NCBI GenBank assembly: GCA_017134395.1
Contig: CP070993.1
Coordinates: 462,199-526,198, forward strand
Origin: Candidatus Kaiserbacteria bacterium
GTDB lineage: Bacteria > Patescibacteriota > Minisyncoccia > Phycocordibacterales > UBA2100
Length of the DNA: 64,000 bases
Direction: 5' to 3'
The notes under the pieces were generated by a model, which was not told the DNA's origin, searched no databases, and saw nothing but the letters and a program-made list of their open reading frames with translations. The translations under genes were made by a program, and so were the position numbers. Every line of letters begins with the position of its first letter. The stretch's first letter is position 1. Below are positions 19,502-29,760 of the stretch, piece by piece.

Positions 19502-20350
19502 TTACCTTGGATCTATCTCTAATTCCTCCTCTTGCAAAAGTCCGCTTTCAGATTCGCATGTGAGTCTAAAAATAGTATCCCGTAGAATTGCTGGTGTTTT
19601 TACTTGCCCCTCTATTCCCCGGCGCGTGAACCCTAGGTGTGTATCTGATGTTAACAAGCATGAGTTAACATCTGTCGTTGTCCAACTGAGCACGATTGAG
19701 TCGCCACGATCAATAGACAATGAATCAGCAGAGAACGTCAGTACTGGTTCTGCAACATTCACTACACAACTTGCGGTTGTATCAGCTACGTCAACCAAAT
19801 CATTTACACATTCTATCGTGTAGGTTGTATCCTCAGTAGGTTGAACCCGTACTGTACCGATTGTCTCACCAACACTATCAAAATTCTCACTTACCGTAGT
19901 GTACGCTCCATCACGACATGCCCACATGATGATTGTTTCTTCCGAGACCCCAATGATAGGCGGTATACAAATGAGGGTTACTCCACGCGTAGCGAGTGGC
20001 CCTGTGCCAACTTGATTTGTTTGTGTTGTCTGACCTGATTGGATTCCGACATTTGCAGATGGCGTATTGATATTAGTCTGAGTTGACGCTGAATTAAATG
20101 GGTCGTCACTTATATTAGAAAAGTATGCATCAGCATCATTTACATAATCACCAGTTACGTTTGTATTCGAATTTGTGTTACTTCCTGTTTGGATGCCAAG
20201 AAATGATGCGATGGAATCAAACGCGCCTGCTGTTTGCTGTTGCCCTCCAGAAGAAACAGTTTCTAAATTCTTGTATTCAGAGAAAGAGAAAGCGACCACA
20301 AAAACAAAGAGTAATGCAAGCGCTTTTATTTGAGTATGAGGAATATTCAT
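19502..20350 (-). CDS. Secreted protein with two Ig-like repeats
   Basis: TM/signal; IMWAC..TTYTIEC and LSWTT..FRLTCE repeats like those of 14822..16852; start set at MNIPH. Confidence 0.7.
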   Translation of the reverse strand: MNIPHTQIKALALLFVFVVAFSFSEYKNLETVSSGGQQQTAGAFDSIASFLGIQTGSNTNSNTNVTGDYVNDADAYFSNISDDPFNSASTQTNINTPSANVGIQSGQTTQTNQVGTGPLATRGVTLICIPPIIGVSEETIIMWACRDGAYTTVSENFDSVGETIGTVRVQPTEDTTYTIECVNDLVDVADTTASCVVNVAEPVLTFSADSLSIDRGDSIVLSWTTTDVNSCLLTSDTHLGFTRRGIEGQVKTPAILRDTIFRLTCESESGLLQEEELEIDPR

Positions 20351-20442
20351 AGGTGCAAAATCGGCCTTAGTATTTTCAATGATACGGGACGTACACCATT
20401 GTCGCAATTCGCCTTGTGCACACCAAGACACCGTTACTTTCC

Positions 20443-20478
20443 TTCTAAAATATATCAGTTAACTGATATATTTTAGAA
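20443..20478. repeat. 36-bp perfect palindrome with core aatatatcagttaactgatatatt
   Basis: ttctaaaatatatcagtt|aactgatatattttagaa; same 24-bp core at 62157-62180. Confidence 0.9.
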
Positions 20479-20510
20479 AAAAGGAAATTATAGAATATAT
20501 GACTCTTTTG

Positions 20511-21230
20511 CTACAACGTGAGAATAAACCGCTCGAGCTCAATTTCTAAGGCAACTCCGTTTCTACGTGCGTGCTGTGGTAATAAAGCTAACGCTTTCAG
20601 ATGCCCTTCCACTACTTCAACCGAAGAAAAATTTTTCAGGGAGCTCTTTGCTTTAGTAAACGGGTATGGCTTCATACCAACTTCATCTGGAGTTTTTGCA
20701 CTTGACGCAAGCACGAGGCTTTTCAACATCCAAAATAAAATTCCATGAATTTCCTCATCACTTACACCGCTATTTTTTGCCTCTCGAAATAAACTCCATA
20801 GTTTCTTAACATTTCTCTCACCAAGTGCGTCAGTAAGTGAGAATGTGTTAAAAGTTGGCTTTTTTGTAGGAACTGTTTCTTTAAACTCATGGGTTTTTAC
20901 CGCATGTTTCTCGAGCTTCTTTTTAATGGGGGCAGTCAAAGCTGCATCTAATACAAAAAATGGGTGTGGAGCTTCTGCGATTTTCTCAAGATTTTGCAAT
21001 ACAATCTCTTCTCCTTCTTTGGTACTAAAGAGCGTGTCGAGAACAACGACGTATTCATTCTTGAACAGAGCCTGACTACCAGTTAATTCATCAAAATTAT
21101 AGCCATGTACATCGTCCACTGTTATACGAAAGTAAAGTGCGTCTGGACTTTTAGCGAGCATGCTCGCAACAGTCGCCTGAACTTTTGCCCTCGCCGCATC
21201 TACATCTTTACCGTAGTAAACGTACAACAT
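20511..21230 (-). CDS. holA: DNA polymerase III delta subunit-like
   Basis: MLYVYYGKD, ALF, FSLTDAL, GMKPYPFTKA, LERFIL pattern. Confidence 0.75.
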   Translation of the reverse strand: MLYVYYGKDVDAARAKVQATVASMLAKSPDALYFRITVDDVHGYNFDELTGSQALFKNEYVVVLDTLFSTKEGEEIVLQNLEKIAEAPHPFFVLDAALTAPIKKKLEKHAVKTHEFKETVPTKKPTFNTFSLTDALGERNVKKLWSLFREAKNSGVSDEEIHGILFWMLKSLVLASSAKTPDEVGMKPYPFTKAKSSLKNFSSVEVVEGHLKALALLPQHARRNGVALEIELERFILTL

Positions 21231-21231
21231 A

Positions 21232-23613
21232 TTACATTCCCTTCATTTCACCCCAATTATCACCGTGAGAAACGTCAACGAGTAACGGTACTCCGTGAGT
21301 TTGATCTGGAGTTAGTATATTTTCCATTAGTTCTTCTATGTGTTTCGTTATTTTAATACTGTCTTTTTTCTTCATTTCGTATATGAGTTCATCGTGCACC
21401 TGTAGAACAAGTCGTGCAGAATCTAAGAAATTATTTTTGGTTAGATATTCATGAATGCGTATCATTGCAATCTTTACCACGTCAGCTTGCGTGCCTTGAA
21501 TCGGTGCATTTATCGCCATCCGCTCAGCAGCAGCCCGCACGTGCGGTAAGCTTGAAGTAATACCCTCAAAATATCGTCTCCGTCCAAATAGTGTTTCTGT
21601 GTATCCAAGTCGTGATGCGTCTGCTTTTGTATGGTCAATCCATTTTGCAAGACCTGCGTATTTTTCAAAGTATGTATCGTAAAACGCACGTGCTTCTTTT
21701 TGCGTAGTGTCGCCACCAAGATTTGCGCGTAGTGCGTTTACTCCCATTCCATAGAGAATACCGAAGTTGATGACTTTAGCACGTCGTCTCATTTCTTTAT
21801 CAACATCTTGTGGCTGAACATCAAACACTTCGGCTGCAACTGCTGCATGAATATCTCCTCCGCTTTTAAATACTTCGAGAAGTTTCTCATCTTGAGATAA
21901 AATTGCGGCAATGCGCAGTTCAATTTGAGAATAATCAAGTGCTACTAACTCGTACCCTTTCTCAGCAATAAATCCATTGCGGATACGTCTTCCGTATTCC
22001 GTTTTTATCGGTATGTTTTGTAGGTTTGGATTCTGGCTCGCCATTCGCCCTGTCGTTGTGCCGGCTTGTAAGAATTCGGCGTGTAGACGACCATCTTCAC
22101 CAACAAGCGTTGGGAGCGTATCAATGTATGTTGAAAGCAATTTTTGAAGTTCGCGATATGCAAATACGTCTTCAATTATTGGATGCTCTCCTCGTAGTTT
22201 TTCGAGTTCAGACTCTTTCGTACTACGTTGTCCTGTTGACGTTCTTTTTTGGTTTTTCGGCTTCAATTCTAAGGTATCAAACAGAATTTCGCCCATTTGC
22301 TTGGGAGAATTGATATTGAAAGTGACCCCTGCGTGTTTGTATATCTTTTTTTCTAGCTTCGAAAGCTCTGTATGGTATTCCTTAGAAAGCTTTTTTAAAT
22401 ACGCCACGTCTAATGCAATCCCATTTTCGTTCATGTGCGTAAGAACTTGGATGAGTGGCTCTTCAATATCTGTATAGACTGTATATAACTTTCTTTCTTT
22501 TAACGTTTTAAAAATTGCATCATATGCTTCTTTGAACGTTCCGTTTGGTACAAACTGCATAACATCTTCCAGTGTGGGATTGGTAATGTCTGAGCGGACA
22601 ATCCACAGTGCGAGTGCTGCTCGCGCAAGTTCTTCTGGGTTAATTTCTTCGGTCTCTTTCTTTTCTTCCTCTTCTTCATCGTACTCAACCCCATTACCTC
22701 CATTAAGCACCTTTTTTACCCTGTCGCTCAATGCGCGGAATTCAAGTTCTGAGAATAGTTCGAGTACTTTTTCTTTTTGTACTGTGTTGAGCCATACGTC
22801 TTCCGGAATCTCAAATTTTATAGGAGCGTCCCGCCTAATAGTTGCAAGCATCTTAGAAAAGAACGCTTCGTCTTTTCCCTCTTTTAATAAACCAATCATT
22901 CGCGCTTTTATGCCAAGCGCTATAAATTTATCTTCACTTTTCTCGAGTACTGTATAGAGATTCTCTAGTGTTCCAAACTCAATAATTAACGTTGTAGCTG
23001 TCTTCTCCCCAACGCCACGTATCCCTGGGATATTATCTGACGGGTCGCCGCGTAGACCTTTGTAGTCAGGTAACAAATCCGAGTGAAATCCAAAGCGGCT
23101 CTGTACCGCATCTTCATCGTATAAAATTGTGTCCTGTATTCCTTTGCGCAAGGTGTATACAGTTACCTTTCCTTTATCTATTAACTGAAGCGTGTCCATA
23201 TCGCCTGACGCGATGACTATATCAATAGGCTTCTTTTTCAATTGCTCAACAATAGTTCCTAACACATCATCGGCCTCGAATCCTTCCGCATCATAAATTG
23301 GAATACCAAATGCTTCGAATACATCTCGACTTCTTTGCAACTGCCTTGCCAGTTCGTCATCAGTTTTTTTTCTTCCTGCTTTATATTCCGCAAACACTTC
23401 ATGACGAATAGTTGGTTTTGGTAAGTCGAAACACGCAGTGATGTAGTCTGGATTCAATTCTTGAATTATTTTCATTAGCATCGTCGCCAGACCGTACAGA
23501 GCACCAGTTGGCTCCCCTTTACTCGATGAGAAATCAGGCAATGCGTGATATGCACGATGAATAATCGCATGCGCATCAAGTAGTATGAGTCGTTTATTAG
23601 GCTTCTTTGTCAT
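21232..23613 (-). CDS. polA: DNA polymerase I (short form)
   Basis: LLDAHAIIHRAYHA, GDPSDNIPG, DYSQIELR, KVINFGILYG, QVHDEL. Confidence 0.97.
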   Translation of the reverse strand: MTKKPNKRLILLDAHAIIHRAYHALPDFSSSKGEPTGALYGLATMLMKIIQELNPDYITACFDLPKPTIRHEVFAEYKAGRKKTDDELARQLQRSRDVFEAFGIPIYDAEGFEADDVLGTIVEQLKKKPIDIVIASGDMDTLQLIDKGKVTVYTLRKGIQDTILYDEDAVQSRFGFHSDLLPDYKGLRGDPSDNIPGIRGVGEKTATTLIIEFGTLENLYTVLEKSEDKFIALGIKARMIGLLKEGKDEAFFSKMLATIRRDAPIKFEIPEDVWLNTVQKEKVLELFSELEFRALSDRVKKVLNGGNGVEYDEEEEEKKETEEINPEELARAALALWIVRSDITNPTLEDVMQFVPNGTFKEAYDAIFKTLKERKLYTVYTDIEEPLIQVLTHMNENGIALDVAYLKKLSKEYHTELSKLEKKIYKHAGVTFNINSPKQMGEILFDTLELKPKNQKRTSTGQRSTKESELEKLRGEHPIIEDVFAYRELQKLLSTYIDTLPTLVGEDGRLHAEFLQAGTTTGRMASQNPNLQNIPIKTEYGRRIRNGFIAEKGYELVALDYSQIELRIAAILSQDEKLLEVFKSGGDIHAAVAAEVFDVQPQDVDKEMRRRAKVINFGILYGMGVNALRANLGGDTTQKEARAFYDTYFEKYAGLAKWIDHTKADASRLGYTETLFGRRRYFEGITSSLPHVRAAAERMAINAPIQGTQADVVKIAMIRIHEYLTKNNFLDSARLVLQVHDELIYEMKKKDSIKITKHIEELMENILTPDQTHGVPLLVDVSHGDNWGEMKGM

Positions 23614-24034
23614 AAGAAATGCTACGTGTTGTATCATTAATGTATTCTAAGTATATATGCTCAGTGTTTTGTGGAAGTAGTCCTTCTATCTTTTCTGGCC
23701 ACTCAACAAGAATAAGATTAGATGGGTCTATAATTATGTCATTCCATCCAAGGACTTCCATTTCCCTCTCTTCTTCAAGGCGGTACGCATCTACATGTAT
23801 CAACTGAGAAAAAGCTTGGTCCTCTAACGGATAATTTTTTTGTATCACAAATGTAGGGCTGACTATTTCACCAGTAACCCCAAGAGTACGAGCAAGTGTT
23901 TGTGCGAAGGTAGTTTTCCCAGCGCCAAGATCCCCATGAAGCGCTACAACATAGGCTCCACTCTTATGTGCTTTCAATTTCAACGCATATTCGCGAGCAC
24001 TTTTCTCGAAATCACTCAATACATAGTCTGCCAT
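23597..24034 (-). CDS. tsaE: tRNA t6A biosynthesis ATPase TsaE
   Basis: GDLGAGKTT, SPTF, HVDAYRL, VEWPE; start set at MADYV. Confidence 0.95.
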   Translation of the reverse strand: MADYVLSDFEKSAREYALKLKAHKSGAYVVALHGDLGAGKTTFAQTLARTLGVTGEIVSPTFVIQKNYPLEDQAFSQLIHVDAYRLEEEREMEVLGWNDIIIDPSNLILVEWPEKIEGLLPQNTEHIYLEYINDTTRSISYDKEA

Positions 24035-24152
24035 AGGCGCATTGTACACTAAAGAAAAAAGGTGGTCGCCTTGTCTGTATCACGGTCTTATTTCATATAC
24101 GCATAAGCACACAGGCTCTTTTTAGTGTACGTGATAAAATAGAAGTATATTT

Positions 24153-25856
24153 ATGGTTCAATTTGATGAAAAAGATCAAAAAGAGAAGGTAGCCGAGCTC
24201 TACGAACAAGAAGAAGAGTCATTAGCTCAGACTCTCTCTCAAAAATATGGCGTTGAATACGTTGACCTGACCCGTGTGTCTATCGACACCGACGCTCTAA
24301 AGCTAATCGATGAGCCAACTGCTCGAAAGGTAGAAATAGCGCCTTTTCGGAAAATCGGTAAGAAGGTTTTTATTGCAATGCGTGCACCAGGGAGGGCAGA
24401 CTCTCTTGAGGCAATCCAAACAATAGAGCGACTAGGCTACCAGACACGATTATTTATGGTTTCGTCTGCCTCACTTACGCACGCATGGGACCATTACAAA
24501 GATATTTCTCATGCATCGGCAAGCGAGGGCGGCGTTCTAAACATTTCTTCTGAAGAAATCGAGCGGATTAAAAATGAGTTAAAAAGTATCGAAGATGTCC
24601 GTAAAAATGTAGACGCTAGTTTTGCAAGTTCAAAATCCCACCGTGTATCTCGTGTGCTTGAAGTACTTCTTGGTGGTGGATTAGCATTACATGCGTCCGA
24701 CGTGCACATTGAACCAGAAGAAGAGTTCATTCGTGTTCGTTTTCGATTAGATGGACTGCTTACTGAAATTTTAGAATTCGACCACGAAACGTACAAGCTA
24801 CTCTTGTCTCGTATAAAACTTCTTTCTGGCCTCAAGCTCAATGCCAAAAGCTCTGCTCAAGATGGTCGTTTTAGTGTAAAAGTTGGTGATGGAGAAATGG
24901 AAATACGAACATCTATGATTCCAGGGAACTACGGAGAAACTGTGGTTATGCGGTTGCTTGACCCATCAACTATTGGTCTCCCACTTGAGAGTCTGGGTAT
25001 GGACGATTTTCTTATGCAGCTGTTTTTAGATGAAATAAAGAAACCAAATGGAATGATTCTAAACACTGGACCAACTGGTTCTGGTAAAACAACCACGCTA
25101 TACGCATTTCTTAAAGCAGTGAGTAAACCTGGAATTAAAGTGATTACACTTGAAAACCCTGTCGAATATCACTTACCGGGAATTGTTCAGACACAAATTA
25201 GCAAAGACTACACATTTGCTGATGGGCTCCGTAGTATCTTGCGGCAAGACCCCGACATCATTATGGTTGGAGAGATTCGCGATCCTGAAGTTGCCGCAAC
25301 TGCAGTGCATGCCGCGTTAACGGGACACTTGGTATTCTCAACTCTGCACACAAACAATGCTGCAGGAACATTTCCTCGTTTAATTGATATAAAGGTACGA
25401 CCTGAAATTCTTGGAAGTGCAGTGAACCTCACAATGGCACAGCGTCTTGCTCGACGTTTATGTGAGGATTGTAAGAAGAGTGTTCCTATTACTGGAGCCG
25501 CTCGAGAAAGTATGAATAAACTCCTACACAATATCCCCCGTCCAGATGAACTTCCAGAGAATAAAGATGTTATGTGGGAAGCGGTAGGTTGTGATACGTG
25601 TAATGGAACTGGCTACACTGGACGGCTCGCTATTCTTGAAGCAATCAGAATGGACGAAGCGGTGGAGGCAGCTGTTCGCGCTAACCCGAGTGAAATTGAA
25701 ATATGGCGTGCGGCGCGCCCACAGCAAATTAGGCGAATGGCAGAAGATGGTGCAGTAAAAGTACTCCAAGGGGTAACGTCACTTGATGAACTAGCTCGTA
25801 TTATAGATATAGAAGACGCTGACCTTATGGCAATGAAGGATTTTGGACAGGGTTAA
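24153..25856 (+). CDS. pilB: GspE/PilB pilus assembly ATPase
   Basis: ASDVHIEP, GPTGSGKTTT, RQDPD, TGHLV, tetra-Cys zinc motif. Confidence 0.92.
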   Translation: MVQFDEKDQKEKVAELYEQEEESLAQTLSQKYGVEYVDLTRVSIDTDALKLIDEPTARKVEIAPFRKIGKKVFIAMRAPGRADSLEAIQTIERLGYQTRLFMVSSASLTHAWDHYKDISHASASEGGVLNISSEEIERIKNELKSIEDVRKNVDASFASSKSHRVSRVLEVLLGGGLALHASDVHIEPEEEFIRVRFRLDGLLTEILEFDHETYKLLLSRIKLLSGLKLNAKSSAQDGRFSVKVGDGEMEIRTSMIPGNYGETVVMRLLDPSTIGLPLESLGMDDFLMQLFLDEIKKPNGMILNTGPTGSGKTTTLYAFLKAVSKPGIKVITLENPVEYHLPGIVQTQISKDYTFADGLRSILRQDPDIIMVGEIRDPEVAATAVHAALTGHLVFSTLHTNNAAGTFPRLIDIKVRPEILGSAVNLTMAQRLARRLCEDCKKSVPITGAARESMNKLLHNIPRPDELPENKDVMWEAVGCDTCNGTGYTGRLAILEAIRMDEAVEAAVRANPSEIEIWRAARPQQIRRMAEDGAVKVLQGVTSLDELARIIDIEDADLMAMKDFGQG

Positions 25857-26129
25857 GTGTGACCACTGTGGATAGCTAATCTATTTTTCCGTAAAAATCG
25901 TATACTACATTATAGTGTTGTGCACCGAAGGATACTTCGATGCACAGCGCACTCCTTTATATTTTATATAGGAGTTAGTGTGTGAGCTTGCGTAAGCAAG
26001 CAAGTGAAAAGCGCAGCCGCCCAAGCTGCGCTTTCGCTGTATGTATAAGAATGCGTCATGCAACGACACGCTGCTTCTAAGTAGTCAACTTTCCAAATCT
26101 CTTCCCCGCTGCTATGGTAGATGCAGACG

Positions 26130-26153
26130 AAAAAAACACCCCAAAGGGTGTTC
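26130..26153 (-). terminator. Intrinsic terminator on the minus strand with no upstream ORF
   Basis: Minus strand: aacaccc-tttg-gggtgtt followed by a T-run. Confidence 0.6.
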
Positions 26154-26161
26154 TAATCTCG

Positions 26162-26362
26162 TCGGGGAAAAAATTCTCTAAACGATTCTTTGCAATAAAG
26201 CAAAGGTGAGTGCCTAACTAAGGATAGAATCAGCACCTTGAGCCATATGAAAACCTCTCCTATTTTCGAATAGGGACGCACCCATAAGGCTCAAGACCAT
26301 TTCGTCCTTGAAAGGTCTCTTATTGACCAGGAGTCTCATCGCTTAGAGAATTTTGTCTCCGA
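26162..26362 (-). ncRNA. Candidate ~200-nt structured RNA (6S-like size)
   Basis: ~25-bp closing stem joining both ends, inner cttgagcc/ggctcaag stem, apical hairpin, downstream terminator. Confidence 0.55.
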
Positions 26363-26410
26363 AAATGTGCAGTAATGAACGTTGAAACTATATTAACACA
26401 TTAAAATTGT

Positions 26411-27439
26411 ATGTCAACCCCAATCGACGACACACAAGATGAAACGGCAGAAGATACTGCTGATGTCTTCCTTGATAAAACACTGCGTCCCAACAAATGG
26501 GACGAATATGTTGGCCAAAAACGTATAAAAGACAACCTCGCAATCCTCCTTCGAGCAGCGTCAGAGAGAGAACAACCTCCTGAACACATTCTTTTTTATG
26601 GTCCTCCCGGTTTGGGGAAAACAACGCTTGCTCACCTTATCGCCCACGAATCCGGTTCACAAATTCGAATTACGTCTGGTCCTGCCATTGAGCGAGTTGG
26701 TGACTTAGCATCCATACTTACCAACTTAGGCGAGAAAGATATCTTGTTCATCGATGAAATACACCGCCTCAACAAGAATATTGAAGAGGTCCTCTACCCT
26801 GCAATGGAATCAGGTGTGCTCGATATCATCATTGGAAAGGGGCCCTCAGCACGCACAATACAACTTGAACTTCCTGCGTTTACATTAATAGCTGCAACGA
26901 CACAAGTGTCGGGCATTTCAAGCCCCTTGCGTAGCCGTTTTTCAGGTGGAACGTTCCGTCTTGAGTATTACGACACTGAGGAGATAAAAGATATTCTGAA
27001 ACGTTCGGCAAAGATACTCGGTGTCACTATCGAAGAAGACGCATTAGACGAAATAGCAAAAAGAAGCCGTTTCACACCACGTACGGCAAACTTTCTACTC
27101 AAACGTTGCCGCGACTTTGCACAAGTGCACAAGAATAAACTCGACAAAAAGTCAGCTCAAGAAGCACTGGAGTTATTGGATGTTGATGATCTCGGACTCA
27201 ACCGAAATGATAAAGAAATTTTGAATATAATTATAAACAAATTCAATGGAGGCCCAGTTGGATTAAAAACGCTTGCCGCTGCAACTTCGGAAGAAGAGAG
27301 TACTATCGAAGAAGTATACGAACCATACCTTATTCAACTTGGCTTACTCGACAGAACTCCACGTGGGCGCATCGCAACTGCGTTAGCCTACGAACATATT
27401 GGCCTTGAAGTACCGAAGCGACTGCAAGAAAAAGCTTAA
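26411..27439 (+). CDS. ruvB: Holliday junction helicase RuvB
   Basis: [31 protein letters not shown]. Confidence 0.98.
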   Translation: MSTPIDDTQDETAEDTADVFLDKTLRPNKWDEYVGQKRIKDNLAILLRAASEREQPPEHILFYGPPGLGKTTLAHLIAHESGSQIRITSGPAIERVGDLASILTNLGEKDILFIDEIHRLNKNIEEVLYPAMESGVLDIIIGKGPSARTIQLELPAFTLIAATTQVSGISSPLRSRFSGGTFRLEYYDTEEIKDILKRSAKILGVTIEEDALDEIAKRSRFTPRTANFLLKRCRDFAQVHKNKLDKKSAQEALELLDVDDLGLNRNDKEILNIIINKFNGGPVGLKTLAAATSEEESTIEEVYEPYLIQLGLLDRTPRGRIATALAYEHIGLEVPKRLQEKA

Positions 27440-29208
27440 TTAGAGACTTCGTCTTCAAATGTCGTATCAGTTCCTGTTATGAGGTTTGTTAGTGTCTCAA
27501 CTGCACTAGAAGCAGCATCTGCGATGCTATCAATAATTCTTGAAACAAGGCTCTTTCCGTCTGTTGTTACTTCATAATCTTCCAAGACTGTTCCATCTTG
27601 ACCGTGCAATACACCGAGTGTAGACGTTGCGTGAGTTGCTGGCGCTGGAGTTGGTCGCACCCATCCATCGTACACTGCAAGAAAATGGAGAACTGCGTTT
27701 TCTGGCAACACTCTCTTTTCTAGCTCAGCAACAAACACTTGACGCTCAACTATTTTCGCGCGCTCCTCCCTTCTCTCTAAACAATCCTCACTCGTTTCAA
27801 ATGCCCTGCAGTATGTTGAATTCTTAGCCCGTTTCCCTTCTTCTTCTGCGAGCCGTAAGGAACGGATCGCCTCATCTTCAATAATCAAATCTTGAATGCG
27901 GCCGAATGATTTATTTTCTGTACTTACCTCGTTTGGACCTCCGACTAACGTTAACGTTTGTGCAAAATGATCCACTCGTGACAGTGTGTTTTCCGCTTGT
28001 TTTTGCGAAGCAATATCGCTCGCGATTTCTTTTATATTCCTAAATTCTTCTCCTGTCTCGGGTATTTCTGGTGTCGGAATCGTACTTACTACCTCTGTGT
28101 CGGGTATTTCAGTCCTCACAGTATTAACAATTGTTCGTCCTCTTACGAAATTCGCCAAGCTATCGATAAGGCCAGTTCCCCACGCAAATTGCTGTACTGG
28201 ACTACTGGGTTGCACGGTATCACTTGGGCTAGGTTGTAAACTTTTGTATGGGGAAGCATCGTCTCCAGTAACCCCTTCACTAGTTGCGATAGGTTCTGCT
28301 CCTGCACCAGATATTTGAGGAGTACCGAGTGATGCAAAACGCATTGAGTAGTCAGTGTTCATAGCTGCGATACTAATATCTGAAAGACCTCCCTGAAGAC
28401 CTGGAACCGCCCCGGATACGATTGTTTTACTTCCACCAATATTGTTTGAAAACTCTGGAGATAATTCAAAAGAATCAAGGCGACTTATGCTATTCCTTGG
28501 GGACTCTGAACTACTTATTAGTGCATCATCGAAATTGGTTCTGGGTTGAATACTATTTCCATTAGCTGGAGTAAGTTCAAAAGCATCCCCTCCTCCAACA
28601 ACATCCCCTCCTCCAACACTAGTGACTGATTGCTCAGTTCTAACTGGTGTAGTAACTTCACGACGTACTGCAGCGGCCTCGATGGTCCCAGAAAACGCAA
28701 TACGTGCACTGCATACCGGATCGTCCTTACGGCAACACTGCCAATTTTCTATAGCCGCTATAGGTGCCGCAACTTGAGTGTTATTACTTGCGTATGTTCC
28801 TTCAAAACATGCTACAGCGCCACGATATTGGTAGTCTGCCCCATTATCACAAATAGCTGGTGCTGTGGCACCCGAATTGCTATTAGTAAGCGGTTCAACT
28901 ATTGTTGCATCAATGTATGATTGACAGTCTGCGCGTCCTTCACATATCTGTGCTACAAATTCAGGACTTAACTTGCACGAAACAACCTCAGGAGGTACGC
29001 CATTGATTATATAGTTCGTTACGTATTTATTATTACATTTTTCTGTATTTGATTTAGGATCGGAACACTCGCCATCTTCTGTAGATTCTATGGCGGTAGC
29101 AACATGAATATTTCGGTCAGCACTAATTGTCTGTCCAATATCTGAAAAAAGTAAAATGCTTGCCACCAGCATTACAAGTAGTCCTGCTGTCACAAAATTT
29201 GCTTTCAT
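27436..29208 (-). CDS. Large membrane-anchored Cys-rich hypothetical protein
   Basis: N-terminal TM, Cys-rich domain, long S/T/P linker, C-terminal amphipathic helix. Confidence 0.7.
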   Translation of the reverse strand: MKANFVTAGLLVMLVASILLFSDIGQTISADRNIHVATAIESTEDGECSDPKSNTEKCNNKYVTNYIINGVPPEVVSCKLSPEFVAQICEGRADCQSYIDATIVEPLTNSNSGATAPAICDNGADYQYRGAVACFEGTYASNNTQVAAPIAAIENWQCCRKDDPVCSARIAFSGTIEAAAVRREVTTPVRTEQSVTSVGGGDVVGGGDAFELTPANGNSIQPRTNFDDALISSSESPRNSISRLDSFELSPEFSNNIGGSKTIVSGAVPGLQGGLSDISIAAMNTDYSMRFASLGTPQISGAGAEPIATSEGVTGDDASPYKSLQPSPSDTVQPSSPVQQFAWGTGLIDSLANFVRGRTIVNTVRTEIPDTEVVSTIPTPEIPETGEEFRNIKEIASDIASQKQAENTLSRVDHFAQTLTLVGGPNEVSTENKSFGRIQDLIIEDEAIRSLRLAEEEGKRAKNSTYCRAFETSEDCLERREERAKIVERQVFVAELEKRVLPENAVLHFLAVYDGWVRPTPAPATHATSTLGVLHGQDGTVLEDYEVTTDGKSLVSRIIDSIADAASSAVETLTNLITGTDTTFEDEVSN

Positions 29209-29281
29209 TATATATACAATATAGCGTGATTATCTAAGTAAATGGACAAAAACGACTAAAATGTGGATACGGTCTTTATCA

Positions 29282-29310
29282 TTGACTTTGTTTGAAAAAA
29301 TGTATAGAGT
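29282..29310 (+). promoter_or_regulatory. Sigma70 promoter
   Basis: TTGACT-17 bp-TAGAGT. Confidence 0.6.
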
Positions 29311-29414
29311 TGTAATACAGAACAGCTATTGCAATATGTCAATAGCACAGAGGTTAATGTACACAAAATTTGCGTATATAGACCCCTGTCACTAGGGGAG
29401 AAAGGGAGGCTGTT

Positions 29415-29696
29415 ATGTTCAAAATTTCAGTTCTTGCTATCTTTGTGTTGGCAGCCCTCGCTGCCCCTGCCAATGCGGAAAATCGTAAGTGGACTTATTA
29501 CCAGATAGTAATTGATGGTGATGAGTCTAAGTGCATTGTTTCTGAACTCCATAAAGGTCGCCTCTATTGTCCTGACGATACCACTACGGCGGTTCTCGTT
29601 TTGGGGCAAAAAATCACCAATGTGGATTTCATTCAACAGCTCGAAGCTCACGGACAATTTTCGCAAGTACAAAACCGGACTTCAAACTCCGAATAA
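29415..29696 (+). CDS. Small secreted protein
   Basis: GGGAGG Shine-Dalgarno, signal peptide ANA|E, 2 Cys, terminator ~29717-29755. Confidence 0.75.
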   Translation: MFKISVLAIFVLAALAAPANAENRKWTYYQIVIDGDESKCIVSELHKGRLYCPDDTTTAVLVLGQKITNVDFIQQLEAHGQFSQVQNRTSNSE

Positions 29697-29760
29697 ATTG
29701 GTAGCAAATAACACACTGGGAGGGAAGTGCTTCGTGCTCTTCCCTCTCTTTTTATTTATT

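Noticed and set aside
28583-28618. 18-bp tandem duplication encoding [12 protein letters not shown]
   Set aside because: In-frame two-copy repeat in a low-complexity linker; ordinary slippage.
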